From positions 620,001 through 684,000 of the forward strand of contig CM102283.1 of the NCBI GenBank assembly GCA_046563655.1: 64,000 nt of DNA, read 5' to 3'. The position numbers and the translations under genes were made by a program. This DNA comes from Yuukianura sp. NJ FZ-2021 (Eukaryota). The notes below the pieces were generated by a model that had not been told where the DNA came from, made no database searches, and was given only the letters and a program-made list of their open reading frames with translations. Shown here piece by piece: positions 35,272 to 48,557 of this stretch (its first letter is position 1; the number at the start of each line of letters is the position of its first letter).

Positions 35272-35664
35272 CCAACTTTAGAAAAAAGTTTTTTTTCTTT
35301 TTTTTTCATTTGAAAAGTTTTTTTTTTCACAGTGCTCCACATTTATATTTTTTCGGCCAAAAACAAAATTTTTTGTATACGAAAAAAAAAACCTTTATAA
35401 CTAAAAAATATTTTTTTGAAAAACTTTTGTTAGATATAAAAAAATATTTCTAATTTAGAAAAATACTTTCTGGTACAAAAATATTTTTTTAAATAAAAAA
35501 AAAACTTTTTTTTCAAAACTTTTTTTTTCTTTTTGCAAACTTTTTTTTTATTTTAAGGAGAAAATTCTTAATTATAGGATAAAAATAATAATTAGTGAAA
35601 GGCGTTATTTCCCCTCCATAGGAAATATACTCTATTTTAATTCTATTTTTAATTCGGAATATCT

Positions 35665-36015
35665 CCGAAGGACGAAGACGAATGTATTTATTGCAAACCT
35701 GCTCCGCCATCGTCTCCTTCACAATTACCGAGTTCACTGTCTTTGAACAAATCTGAGTGTCCTGTAAAGGAAGGGACTACAAGGAAGGATGTGAATGCAA
35801 ATCTCAACTGCCCAGTCACGAATCAGTCAACTGGATCCTCCTGTCCCGTAGCTGCCAATGCGTCGAAGGTAATTTTAGAAATAGAGTTTTACGTTTGATT
35901 TTCATGTGGGTTTAATTTTACAGTCTCTGCTACCCGGGTGGTGGTGACGATGGATGGAGGTCCGATTGTCCAGCGTCCGACGCCATGAAGATTCGTCTAA
36001 TCAACAACAGCTGAT
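35665..36015 (+). pseudogene. HCCS: HCCS fragment (part of exon 1, intron 1, part of exon 2)
   Basis: Highly similar to about 61465-61817. No start codon. Acceptor CAG is mutated to CCG. Truncated at the tandem array. Confidence 0.85.
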
Positions 36016-36016
36016 G

Positions 36017-37141
36017 ACAGGATCGGTCCGTAGGTTCCGCGAACAAAGAAACGACTGCTCCATAACTTCGTTTGCCTAAAAACATTTTCAATGCAAAAGT
36101 TGTACACCAAATTTCATGCAAGTGTCTGGATCTTCTATTCTACATATACTGTTAACAGGCGCAGTGTGAATGTTGGTGAATAACGTGAGCCACTTGATTC
36201 GATTTGAACAGAATCAAGGACACCACAACAAACACCCACCTTTTAACGCAGGATTGGTCCATAGGTTCCGTGAACAAGGAAACGACTGCACGATAAGTTC
36301 GTTTGCCTAAAAACATTTTCAATGCAAAAGTTGTACACCAAATTTTATACAAGCGTCTGGATCTTCTATTCTGCATATACTGTTAACAGGTGCAGTGTGA
36401 ATGTTGGTGAATAACTTGAGCCACTTGATTCGATTTGAACAGAATCAAGGACCCCGTAAAAAACAACCACCTTTTAAGGCAGGGTTGGTCCATTGGTTCC
36501 GTGAACAAGGAAACAACTGCTCGATAAGTTCGTTTGCCTAAAAACATTTTCAATGCAAAAGTTGTACACCAAATTTTATACAAGCGTCTGGATCTTCTAT
36601 TCTACATATACTGTTAACAGGTGCAGTGTGAATGTTGGTGAATAACTTCAGCCACTTGATTCGATTTGAACAGAATCAAGGACCCCGTAAAAAACAACCA
36701 CCTTTAAAGACAGGATTGGTGCATAGGTTCCGTGAACAAGGAAACGACTGCTCCATAACTTCGTTTGCCTAAAACCATTTTCAATGCAAAAGTTGTACAC
36801 CAAATTTCATACAAGCGTCTGGATCTTCTATTCTACATATACTGTTAACAGGCGCAGTGTGAATGTTGGTGAATAACTTGAGCCACTTGATTCGATTTGA
36901 ACAGAATCAAGGACCCCGTAAAAAACAACCACCTTTTAAGGCAGGATTGATAGGTTCCGTGAACAAGGAAACGACTGCTCCATAACTTCGTTTGCCTAAA
37001 AACATTTTCAATGCAAAAGTTGTACACCAAATTTCATGCAAGTGTCTGGATCTTCTATTCTACATATACTGTTAACAGGCGCAGTGTGAATGTTGGTGAA
37101 TAACGTGAGCCACTTGATTCGATTTGAACAGAATCAAGGAC
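36017..37141. repeat. 231-bp tandem repeat array, left part (about 5 units)
   Basis: ctgttaacagg(c/t)gcagtgtgaatg recurs at about 36149, 36380, 36611, 36842 and 37070. Confidence 0.92.
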
Positions 37142-40100
37142 TGTTCGTTGACCTCCGTGACCTCCAATGAATGTGGGAGAGCAAGTGAATGTGGTGAAGC
37201 CACAGAGAGATCAAGACATCGAGAATTTACGTTATGTTATTTTATTGAATGTTTATAGGAAAAGAAGACGGTTACAAAGCTGAAATTGAACTGAACTCTG
37301 AGTGACTGTGTGTCACTAGTATTTATAACCTAAGAAAGACGAACTGAATTGTGAAAAGGAGGAATGAGTATTCCTAATCCTTAGTAATGTAAAGAAACAC
37401 CAGAATAAGAAGAGAATGTAAATAAGTGTGTGTAAGTTAGAAGTTTAGAAGGGAAGAAACGAGTGTTTCTACTGCCTGTGCTAAAAGTAAAAATAACCTA
37501 ATACCTTATTCTAAGAATTGAAATGCATGTAAAAAGTAAAGTAACATTAGCCTAAGATTATGAACCGTCGGTTTACCCGCCAACATGCCGCCACCCCTGA
37601 CACGATCGTGTCGGAAAAATACGTTATGTATATCTGCAAGGACTACCAAGTCCTCGGCCAAAATCACCCTTACTGCAGGTCGGATGGGTCCTCGGGCAGT
37701 GCGAAACGTCACCCTCAACCTCCGTCAAAACTAAGAGGAGACCCAATTTGCGTGACCTCCTACAGCTCAAGCGATCCTAACCAAAGGGCCTCAGCAAACC
37801 GCTTACAAATGTGTGGGAAACTTTGTGACATGCTGATTGATAAATCGATCAGTTAAACTTAAAATTACAAATTGAATGTTGTCAAAAACTTAAAAGTTAA
37901 GATCTTAACTAAATGAAAAGATGACTTAACCTGAATTAGCCTTAAAATTAAGATAAATTAAAATTAAAATGAATTAAAAATTAAGTAAAATAGAAAATTA
38001 CGTTGAAGACAATTCGTTGTTAGATAAAAGTGGGACTACTTTGACGATTGGGCGTTGAAGTTCTCCGAAGGCCGTACGAAGAGTGACGACTCTGACTAGT
38101 CCGTCTGGACCAGGATGAACGTTGATGACGCGAGCCAGTTTCCACTTTAGAGGGGGTAAATTGTCATCTTTGATGGCCACAAGGTCTCCGATTGTCAAAT
38201 TGTTGGTTTCCTTGGTCCACTTAACTCGTTGTTGGAGTGATGTTAGGTATTCGAGTGACCAGACCTTCCAGAACGTTTGGAATAGCTTCTCCTGCAACTG
38301 CCAACGTGAGAGGCGATTGACCTTGACATCAGCATGATCTGGTTGAGGAGCGGCGAGGAGAGGTCTGCCGACGAGGAAGTGGCCATGTGTGATCACACCT
38401 AAATCTGATGTGTCACTGGACATCGGTAGAAGAGGTCGGGAGTTCAGCGCTGCTTCCGCTTGGCAAAGAATTGTAGCAAATTCCTCAAGCGTTAAAGTGG
38501 TGGTCCCAATGATCCTCTTCAAATGGAATTTGACAGAACGTACTGCTGCCTCCCAGATTCCACCATGATGAGGAGCAGACGGAGGATTGAAATGCCAATG
38601 TGTTTGTGACTCTGCAAAGTAGGAAGAAACTTCCGAGTTGAACTGGTGAGAGCTCACCAAATCCATCAACTCGTTATTAGCACCTACAAAATTTGTACCA
38701 CAATCAGAATATAAGTGCAGTGGGTTACCACGACGTGACACAAACCGTTTGAAAGTCCCGAGGAAGGATTCGGTTGACAGTTCGGTTCCGAACTCCACGT
38801 GAACGGCTTTCGTAGAGAGGCAGATGAAGATGCAGAAGTAGCCTTTGAATTGTTTCTGGCCTCGTCCTTTGATAGATTGTAGTGTAAATGGACCAGCGTA
38901 GTCCAAACCAGTGTGATGAAACGTAGGTGACATCGTGACTCTTGGTTGAGGCAGTGTACCCATGAGTTGTGTTGCCGTCTTTTGTCTCAACAGCTTACAT
39001 CTGAGGCAGCGAGAGATGACAGATTTGATCAAATCTCGTGCGTGGACAATCCAATAGTCTTGTCGTAGAAGCGAGAGCAGAAGACGATTCCCAGCATGAT
39101 GATGCTTGTGGTGGTAATGCTGGACGAGTAGTTTAGTGACTGAGGACTTTCCGTGAATGATCAGAGGGTGTTTGGCAGCTTCTGGGAGCGATGCCAGGTG
39201 GAGCCGACCACCGACACGGAGAGATCCATCCGAATCCAAAAATGGTGAAAGAGAGAGCAACGAACTGGATTGTTTGACTTTACCATTTTTAGTCAGAGAC
39301 TGGATTTCCGGTTGGAAGTCTTCCTGTTGCGACAGTTGAATGACCTTCCGAGTGGCCATTCGGTAGAACTCGACTGAGCGTGGCATCGGTGCCGACTTCT
39401 GCTGAGCTCTCAGCATAAACCCGAGAAGTGACCCGATGACACGAAGGAGTTGCAAAAATGACGAGTACCTGTTCAGTAGAGGAAAAGACATTTGAATGGT
39501 TAGGACCTTGACCTTACGTTCTTCCTTCAGATGCTCAGATGAGAGTGTTTGTGAACTGGAGAACGAAGGCAATTGTGGTTCTGACAGAAAGTCCGGTCCG
39601 TTCCACCAGAGCTGACTATCCAAGAGCTCATTAAGAGGGATCCCTCTTGTTCCGCAATCGGCAGGGTTGAGTGTCCCAGGGATGAAATGCCAAGATTCGA
39701 CTGGTGTGAGCTCTTGGATTTGCGAAACCCGATTGGCCACGAACGGGACCCAGCGACGAGAAGAAGACGAGATCCACCGCAAAGTAATTTCACTGTCAGT
39801 CCAGCAGTAGACATGACAGTTTGGATCCAAACTAGACAAAAGAAAAGAAATTAGTTTCGATAATAATAAAGCACCACAAAGTTCGAGCCTCGGTATGCTC
39901 TGTGCTTTGACAGGAGCTACTTTAGTCTTGGAAGTTAGAATTCGTGATGTTGGTAGATCGTTGTTAAAAGTTCGGAGGTAGACCACGGCACAATAAGCTC
40001 TTTCGGAGGCATCCGAAAATCCATGTAATTCCATTCGCTGGTAATTTGGTACAATCACACAACGTGGAATGGCAATGTCACTAAGACATGACAGTGATGA

Positions 40101-43100
40101 GCCAAGGTGGGTCCACCTTTCTACCAAGTCCTCGGGCAGGTTATCATCCCAACCAATTCCCAAGGTCCAAAGACTCTGAAAGAAGACTTTTACCGACACG
40201 ACGTATGGAGCGAGTAGCCCCAGTGGATCAAACAACTTTGCAATGTCACTTAGAATGGTACGTTTTGTTATTACCGAGGTTTGGTCAAACCTAAATCCAG
40301 TGAAATGGAGAAGATCAGAATTTGGAGTCCATTGAACGCCCAATGCCTTTGTGCTTGATCCCTCCGCCAGTGATTGAGTGGAGATCTCCACTAGGTGTGA
40401 AGGAATCTCCTGTAGGACTTCCGGAGAGTTTGAAGTCCACTTTGTGATTGACAGTTGTCCACGAGCGAGTAGTTTGGTTAATTGGTGGTAAGTTTCCACC
40501 ACTTTTGGAACTGATGAGTCACCACCTAAAAAGTCATCTACATAAAAACGCTCAATTATTGCTTGCCTGGCCAAGGGAAAGTGATCTCCTTCGTCCACAG
40601 CAAGTTGATTGAGGGCCCGAATGGCACCGAATGGAGCCGAAGAGGTTCCATACGTAATTGTTTTTAGCCTGTACTCCCGAATAGGCTGATCAGGAGTTGG
40701 CCGCCAAAGGATCCGCTGGAAGTTGAAGTCTGACTCTAAAACTGAGAACTGGCGGTACATTTTTGTTATGTCAGCCTTTAGAACGATTGGATCCAATCGG
40801 AATTTGATTAGATGTGTAAATAAATCAGGTTGAATAGTTGGCCCTACCATTAGGCACTTGTTTAGTGACAAACCTGAATTTGATTCACACGAACCATCAA
40901 AAACCACACGAAGTTTGGTTGTTGTACTATCCTCCTTCAAAACGAAGTGATGTGGGAGGTAGTACGTTTGGATGGATCCATCCTTGAATCGTTCTCCTTC
41001 TTCCGATGGTGGGACTTGTTCCATATGACCTAAATTGAGATAATCATTTATGAACTTTACGTACTCACTTTTGTGTTGCGGGAGTCGATCCAGCCGACGT
41101 TCAGTGTGGTGGAGTCTCCGTAATGCAATTGATCGTGATGATCCGAGTTCCGAAATGTTGGGTTTGAATGGAAGTGGAACAATGTATCTTCCATCCTGTG
41201 TACGAGAGTGGTGAGTTGTAAAATGGTTCTCTGCGTCACTCTCCTCTTGTGTCAACTGCATCCGAGTTGGGACGTGATCGAGTTCCCACAAGCGTTGGAT
41301 GGCTCCATCCAGAGAGACGGTGTGGCAGTGGGCCGTGTATGACTGCACTGGTGGAGTATGGACGGGTCCCATGACCACCCAACCGAAGTGGCTCGAGCAA
41401 GCAGCGGGTTGATCAACCCGAGAAGAAAGAGTCTGACCAGTGAAGATTCTGTGTGTGACCTCAGCCCCAAGTAGAATGTCAACTTCCCTCGGGTCAATGT
41501 ATCTGGGGTCAGCCAAGGTCAGATTCTGAAGGTGGGTCCATTCTTTCCAGGTGTCACCACACCTAAACGAGGGCAGTTGACCTGTGACCTGGGAAAGAAT
41601 AAGAGCTTCCACCGACAACGTAAAATCATTACACATAGATTTGATCTTCAGAATTGTTTTTCCCTTTGCTTTACCCACTGTTGTGGCACCAACTCCGTTG
41701 ATGGTGACGTTGGACTTTGTCTGTGAGAGACCAAGTCGCTGACAGCACCGATCGGTGCTAAAGGAAACCTCAGCTCCTGGATCCAGAAGGACACGGCAGG
41801 TTTGGTAGGCTCCAGTAGCATCCATTACGTAGACTTCTGCAGTTCCAAGTAGGACTCCATAGCCAGAGTTGTGATTACAACTGGCTGTGGCTGTGGGAAC
41901 AGAAGTAGACGGATTAGTCAAATGAGCATTAGGATTAGTTACCTGGTTTGTGAAAGGAACGAATTCATTGTTGATATGCAAAAGAGTGTGATGTGGCTTT
42001 TGACACACACGACAGCGAGACTTGGAATGACAATTCTTGGGAGTATGAGCGACTCCAAGACAATTGAAGCAACGGTGCTGAGCTTTGGCTGTGTCCATCC
42101 GTTGAGCAATGGTCATGGCATTGAACTTTCCACATTTGAATAATGGGTGTGGCTCTGAGCAAAGAACGCATTTTGCAGTGTTCACTGCATGGACCTTCTT
42201 ACGGTCAACGGACTTCTGAGATTGTTTTGTTGACGCTGATGAGATGCTCTGGAGACCACGAATATGTTATTCAAGAAAGTCCTTGACCTCCTTGTAGGTA
42301 GGAACGTTCGTTCCTGATAGTTGGATGGCGAATTCCCTCTTGGTGTCAGGGTCCAACTTTTCCATTATGGTAAAGACCAGAACATCGTCCCATTGGTCAA
42401 CGTTACGGTTAAGATTCCGCAACTGTCTCACGCACTGGTCGAAAGTGTCAACCAGGTTCCTCAGTGAAGTCGCATTTTCCTGAAACAGTTTAGAAAGATT
42501 AAACAATTTTCGCAACAATGAAAATGCGATCTCGCGCGTATTGTTGTATCGCTCGATACACAAATCCCAAGCATCCTGAAAGTTAGCGTTAGTGATTACG
42601 AATGGCGAGACTATCTTTAGTGCATCGTCTTTGAGAGATGACTTTAGATACTGCAGCTTTTCGCAACCAGACAAACCACCATTGTTGACGATGGAAGCCT
42701 CGAATTGGTCTCGGAAGGATGGCCAGTCTTCGTAACTGCCAGAGAAAGTAGGAAGGTCAAGCTTTGGTAACTTGACCTTTGACGATGGATGAACGACTGA
42801 CGGAGCAGAGGTTAGGGTGGATCCACTCTGGGTGTTGGAGTCCAGCTTCGCTAACTCTCCATTGATAAGACCATGGATCTTAACAATCATGTCATCAATC
42901 TGTTCTGAAGCTTCAAGTTGAGGCATTAGATCATCCTCATTAGACATATACGTTAGGATTTCATTTTGAATGGATTGGACAGTACCTTCAATCTTTTCAG
43001 TTTGATCCAGCAGTTTGTGGAGTTCAAACTGAGTAGGCGGTGAATCGACGTTACTTACGTCCCTTAGGATTTTCGCCAGTTTGTGCTTCTGGGCTGTTCG

Positions 43101-43642
43101 CTTAAGGACGAGAGAGAGGACTTCCGCCATGTTGAATGTGAAGTGGTGTCAGTCTGGGTCCAGGCTTTCGGCAGTAACCGTCTTTCGGCACCAAAATGTT
43201 CGTTGACCTCCGTGACCTCCAATGAATGTGGGAGAGCAAGTGAATGTGGTGAAGCCACAGAGAGATCAAGACATCGAGAATTTACGTTATTTAGTTTATT
43301 GAATGTTTAGAATAGGAAAAGAAGACGGTTACAAAGCTGAAATTGAACTGAACTCTGAGTGACTGTGTGTCACTAGTATTTATAACCTAAGAAAGACGAA
43401 CTGAATTGTGAAAAGGAGGAATGAGTATTCCTAATCCTTAGTAATGTAAAGAAACACCAGAATAAGAAGAGAATGTAAATAAGTGTGTGTAAGTTAGAAG
43501 TTTAGAAGGGAAGAAACGAGTGTTTCTACTGCCTGTGCTAAAAGTAAAAATAACCTAATACCTTATTCTAAGAATTGAAATGCATGTAAAAAGTAAAGTA
43601 ACATTAGCCTAAGATTATGAACCGTCGGTTTACCCGCCAACA
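37142..43642 (-). mobile_element. BEL/Pao LTR retrotransposon, full length; LTRs 37142-37585 and 43197-43642
   Basis: TGTT..AACA LTRs, nearly identical. 5-bp TSD aggac. PBS TGGTGCCGAAA (tRNA-Phe-like). Purine-rich tract ggggtggcggca next to the 3' LTR. Confidence 0.96.
37998..43130 (-). CDS. BEL/Pao Gag-Pol polyprotein with one in-frame TAA at 42267-42269
   Basis: KLPKLDLPTFSG..WPSF (gag), three Cys/His knuckles, LLDPGAE protease, YVDD RT, HGFSDAS..ELCGA RNase H, HHCC plus DYAGP..SDCGTNF..GGIWE integrase. Order PR-RT-RH-IN. Confidence 0.93.
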
Positions 43643-44249
43643 AGGACACCACAACAAACACCCACCTTTTAACGCAGGATTGGTGTATAGGTTCCGTGAA
43701 CAAGGAAACGACTGCTCGATAAGTTCGCTTGTCTAAAAATATTTTCAATGCAAAAGTTGTGCACCAAATTTCATACAAGCGTCTGGATCTTCTATTCTAC
43801 ATATACTGTTAACAGGCGCAGTGTGAATGTTGGTGAATAACTTGAGCCACTTTATTCGATTTGAAAAGAATCAAGGACCCCGTAAAAAACAACCACCTTT
43901 AAAGACAGGATTGGTGCATAGGTTCCGTGAACAAGGAAACGACTGCTCCATAACTTCGTTTGCCTAAAACCATTTTCAATGCAAAAGTTGTACACCAAAT
44001 TTCATACAAGCGTCTGGATCTTCTATTCTACATATACTGTTAACAGGCGCAGTGTGAATGTTGGTGAATAACTTGAGCCACTTGATTCGATTTGAACAGA
44101 ATCAAGGACCCCACAACAAACACCCACCTTTTAAGGCAGGATTGGTCCATAGGTTCCGTGAACAAGGAAACGACTGCTCGAAGTTCGCTTGCCTAAAAAC
44201 AGTTTCAATGCAAAAGTTGTACACCAAATTTCATGCAAGCGTCTGGATA
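43643..44249. repeat. 231-bp tandem repeat array, right part (about 2.6 units)
   Basis: Continues in register from 37141 after the TSD. Confidence 0.92.
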
Positions 44250-44298
44250 TGAAATATGAAATAATATGCATAACTCCTTTAGGAGTACCAAATTACCT

Positions 44299-45000
44299 TT
44301 AAGATTGAAAAATATACTCAAAAATATGAAATAATTTTTTACTTCCATATGTAATCCAACCAATGGTTACACTCACCGATGTCACATGTGCGCATGTTCC
44401 CACGTTCCTGGCTCCACTTTTGCATTGGCAATAATATCCCAGAATTGATTCTTTACCCTTGCCAAATTCAGTGAAATCAATCCACAGGTTGTGGGCCGTT
44501 GCATTGGAAAATCGAGATTGAATTTTATCTCTCAAGAGTGTTTTTTCTTCCCGGTGAATCAGAATTTCGTACTTTGGATTCGACTTTAAATGTTGGAAAG
44601 TGTACAGCTCCGCCCTCTTGATTTGATAGGTTTGAAGCCTTTCTGTCCTCAGCTCAAGGTCCGTTGTTGGAGAATGTCTATTCTGGAGAGCGCTTTGGCG
44701 ACGACGCTGTCCACGTCGTCAGATGCTTGTCACACCGGTTGTGAAAATGCGTTCAATATTGCGCAGCAAATATCGAAGTAAGTCTTGAAAAATGGAATGT
44801 TACTATTGTGAATGTGAAGAATTGAAACTTGTTTTTGACTCTGCCATTGATCGACTCCACAAGCCAGCGAATCTTCGTTACTGTCCTGGATTCATTTGCT
44901 TCGATCGTTTGGATCTGTTTCTGATTTCGATTTAGCAAATCAGGCATGTTTCCAGCATATGTTTCTGGTTGGGATAACTTCAGTACTGAAAAAAAATAGT
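44299..45000 (-). pseudogene. Degraded DDE transposase with C-terminal SWIM zinc finger
   Basis: [26 protein letters not shown] and YCQCKSGARNVGTCAHV. Homologous to the 53228-54670 frames. Several frameshifts. Confidence 0.75.
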
Positions 45001-45610
45001 TTTGAGTAATGGCTTTCCACAATGGATCTGACAACGTATCTAAAAAGGATTACAATATTGATCAAATGTGCAGTCCTCTTCTTCTAAGGTTCAAAATCAT
45101 GACGATGGGTACAAATAAAGTTGAATAAAGCTTGTCGATGTTCCAAGTGTTTGACGTCAGTTCCTTCATATTGGTCACACAAACTCCGGAACAGGCAATT
45201 GCTAAGAAAATGAAATGGATGTTCAAAGTTGGTGTTTAGAAGAAAAATAATAATTCACATACCCATTTCCTCTGATTTCTCTTATTGTCAGACCGTAAAC
45301 AGCCAACTGTTGAGCACCTCCAGGAGTCAGTGCAGTTCCAGGAGTCAGAGAAGTTTCAGGAAATTCAGTGGAAAAAAAATAATACAAATAATAAAATATT
45401 GGGCATGACTCGTGTTTAGAACTGACCAGAAAATCTCGGTTATTCCTACTGTTGGTTTAGCGTGTCATTGAATTAAATACTCATTTCATTCAACTGGTTT
45501 AAGTGTCATGTCATGCTTCATACCTTTTTTTCACATCAAGTGGTCCGATTCTTGAGTGCTCCGGTGCCATGTCTGAACTTTGCAAAACACTTCCCGCAAG
45601 TGCTTCTAGA

Positions 45611-47000
45611 TTTTCCGTCAAAGTAGCGCGGTTGTTGCGTTGATGATTGCCACCGAGTGCATCCACAGGCAAAATACCAGAATAGCTTTCGCTATTTAAT
45701 AATCTGATTCGTGTCTGTCTGTCTGTGTGTCAGTCTGTCTCTCTGTCTCTCGGTACACACCAAGAATCTCGGAAACTACTGGACGGATTTCAACCGGGTT
45801 TTCACCAATGGATATGTCATGCCGCCGATTTGACATTTGACCTTTTAATGGGTCAAACGTCAAGGTCATTGACCTTTTCATTATAAAACTGGGAAAATAG
45901 CCGTAAGAAAAGTTGCTCCTCTTCTCTTATTGAGGGGAGCAACTTTGGTATATGAACCACGGGTCTTTGACCCCTCCAAGGGGGTCAAAACCGGGATGAG
46001 AGGTAAACATAGTGTAAATGGGCAAGGCAAGCCTGCTACCTTGCGAATTCACATATAAGGCAGGCATACTAGGTGGGCGAAGTGTGGGAACACACTCCCA
46101 CTCACCCGGGGAAGGGGCGGGAAAGTGGGGGCAACTTCTCCCCACTCCACCCCGGAAGGGGGGAGGGCAAAAAAGTCCGTCAAAGTAGCGCGGTTGTTGC
46201 GTTGATGATTGCCACCGAGTGCATCCACACTTACAGGCAAAATACCAGAATAGCTTTCGCTATTTAATAATCTGATTCGTGTCTGTCTGTCTGTGTGTCA
46301 GTCTGTCTCTCTGTCTCTCGGTACACACCAAGGATCTCGGAAACTACTGGACGGATTTCAACCGGGTTTTCACCAATGGATATGTCATGCCGCCGATTTG
46401 ACATTTGACCTTTTAATGGGTCAAACGTCAAGGTCATTGACCTTTTCAATATAAAACTGGGAAAATAGCCGTAAGAAAAGTTGCTCCTCTTCTCTTATTG
46501 AGGGGAGCAACTTTGATATATGAACCACGGGTCTTTGACCCCTCCAAGGGGGTCAAAACCGGGATGAGAGGTAAACATAGTGTAAATGGGCAAGGCAAGC
46601 CTGCTACCTTGCGAATTCACATATAAGGCAGGCATACTAGGTGGGCGAAGTGTGGGAACACACTCCCACTCACCCGGGGAAGGGGCGGGAAAGTGGGAGG
46701 AACCCCACACTCCCTCGGGGGGGCCGAAAAGTGGCGGAACACACCCCCGCGCTCTCTGGGGTGCTAACCGAAAAAGTATGGGAACACTCCCACTTCCCCG
46801 GAGGGTCGGAAAATTGGGAGGAACCCACCCAGGGGGGGGGGTGTGACGGTTGGGGTATTTCCCCCCCCCCCCATCAGAGGATTAGGAGGGGCCCCAAGCA
46901 GCAAAGACGAGGAGAGGAGCAGCAGCAGAGCCACGGACTCTTTGACGGACCGTGGACGAGAAAGGATGGAGGACCACACTGCACCATTAGTTTTAGTTTC
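45611..47000 (+). mobile_element. HINE/DINE-1-like element with an about 565-bp tandem duplication of its 5' part
   Basis: tccgtcaaag at 45614 and 46176 with its reverse complement ctttgacgga at 46940. (GTCT)n microsatellite. Shares atctcggaaactactggacggattt and ttgacc/ggtcaa motifs with the 12125 element. Confidence 0.6.
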
Positions 47001-48557
47001 TTTTTAGATCTTTATTGTTAATAAAGATCAGTTTGCCTTTCACCAGACATGGGAGAGAGCTTTCAGGTCATTCTTGGGTCAGTGGTGGCCCCCTCTATTC
47101 TACAGGGGGGGCGAGTGAGTGTAGAAAATGGTGGGGAATGTAGGCGAAACGGGGAAGAATACAGGCAAAAGAGTGAGTACCCACCCCCCAAGATTCCCCA
47201 CTTGGGGAGAAACCATCCATTGGCTGCAGCTATTTCTTTATGCGTGGTTTACTTACAACCGATTTTTGTTCTTCTAAATAAACTATACTGTGAAACTAAC
47301 TTATAAGCTGTATAATGAAAAAAATTAAAAACATGATAATAATAATTGATAAAAAGAATCACACTTTTGACTTCAACACCAATCTAATAAATGATCAAGA
47401 AAGCGTAAAACTAATTCCAAATTCAACCCACGATTCAAGGTAAATAGGATACTACTAGGTTGTGCGAATGGAAACTTTGTTTGGTGTGGAAAAAAATGAC
47501 GTCCCTCGCTGAAAGATACCGGAATTATCCAAAATTCAACATGAACTATTCAGTAAGAATGATGAATGTGGGAAATTTCAGGCCGGACACAAATCTCGCG
47601 CAGCTAGTTTCGGAAATGTCAGGTTCCCAAACAGGATTAAGAGTTTTTAAGCAAATGTTGGCAGAGATGCAGTACCATCAGAATATGTTATTCAGGATCC
47701 AAACTTATATACGGCTTTCGAAACGACGACGGAGTTTATAGACAAACTGTCACAATCATTCAAAAAAAATCCGCAAGTTTTGACTGAGGTTCCTCTTCTA
47801 CAAATGGAAATTTCGAACATTGATCTTGTTAGGCATATCTGTAACGCCGAAGCTGCCTTGATCGCTGACATTTTTGAAGAAATTAGAATTTCATTTTTTT
47901 AGTGAGTACAAGTTGGACGCGGCTTCTCGTACTTCATCGCCTTGTGAGTTGATTAGACAAATAAAAAACAGCATGAACAACAACTTGGTTGGCAAGTTGC
48001 AAGCTATCAATTCAGATTACCCCAGTGTACCCTTAAAAACCAAACTTTAAATCTTTTGACATTATTGATGAGAATATGGCACTGTTTGAAAGTGCAAAAG
48101 AGGTTTCAGTTGACACAAATTTAATACTAATTGCGCTTGCAGTAATTTCTATGCATTTTATTTCATGCAGTAATTAAAAAACCTACTAGCTCTTTCGTTT
48201 GACCCAACGATGACCTAGTGCTTCAAGTAAATTTCGTGATGTGTAAACATCACGGGTTCCGTCTAGTCTTTTAAATTACTCATTCAAATTCCAGACAGAA
48301 CTTGTTGCGGAGTAACTGCCGTCTATTACAACAGAACAACATGTTAACCAGCACCGCATATTCACAGGTACCACATGATAGAGTGGCACCGCTCATTCAT
48401 AGGAACCACATGTTAAAGAGGCACCGTATGTTAGATTGCACCGTATATTAGATGGCAACATGCGTTAGATGTCACCGCAAGTTGGAAAAAGCCAGACGTC
48501 TTCTGAAAAAGAAAGAAATGGAACGGACATCACCACATCTCAAAAACCTTCAATATA

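Larger units (their letters stand above)
32559..35620. mobile_element. Outer foldback/MITE with about 300-bp AT-rich inverted arms, enclosing nested elements
   Basis: 32559-32860 is the imperfect reverse complement of 35310-35620 (tatggagggg..cccctccata). Confidence 0.75.

Noticed and set aside
35930-37030. Repeated short minus-strand ORFs (..IWCTTFALKMFLGKR..)
   Set aside because: They are translations of the tandem repeat unit with variable stops.
37506-37856. ORFs between pol and the 3' LTR as a possible env or accessory gene
   Set aside because: Under 100 aa, overlapping the LTR, with no signal peptide or TM pattern.
36017-44249. 231-bp, 106-bp (52650) and 22-bp (18799) repeats considered as CRISPR-like arrays
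   Set aside because: Whole units repeat without unique spacers, the context is eukaryotic, and there are no cas-like ORFs.
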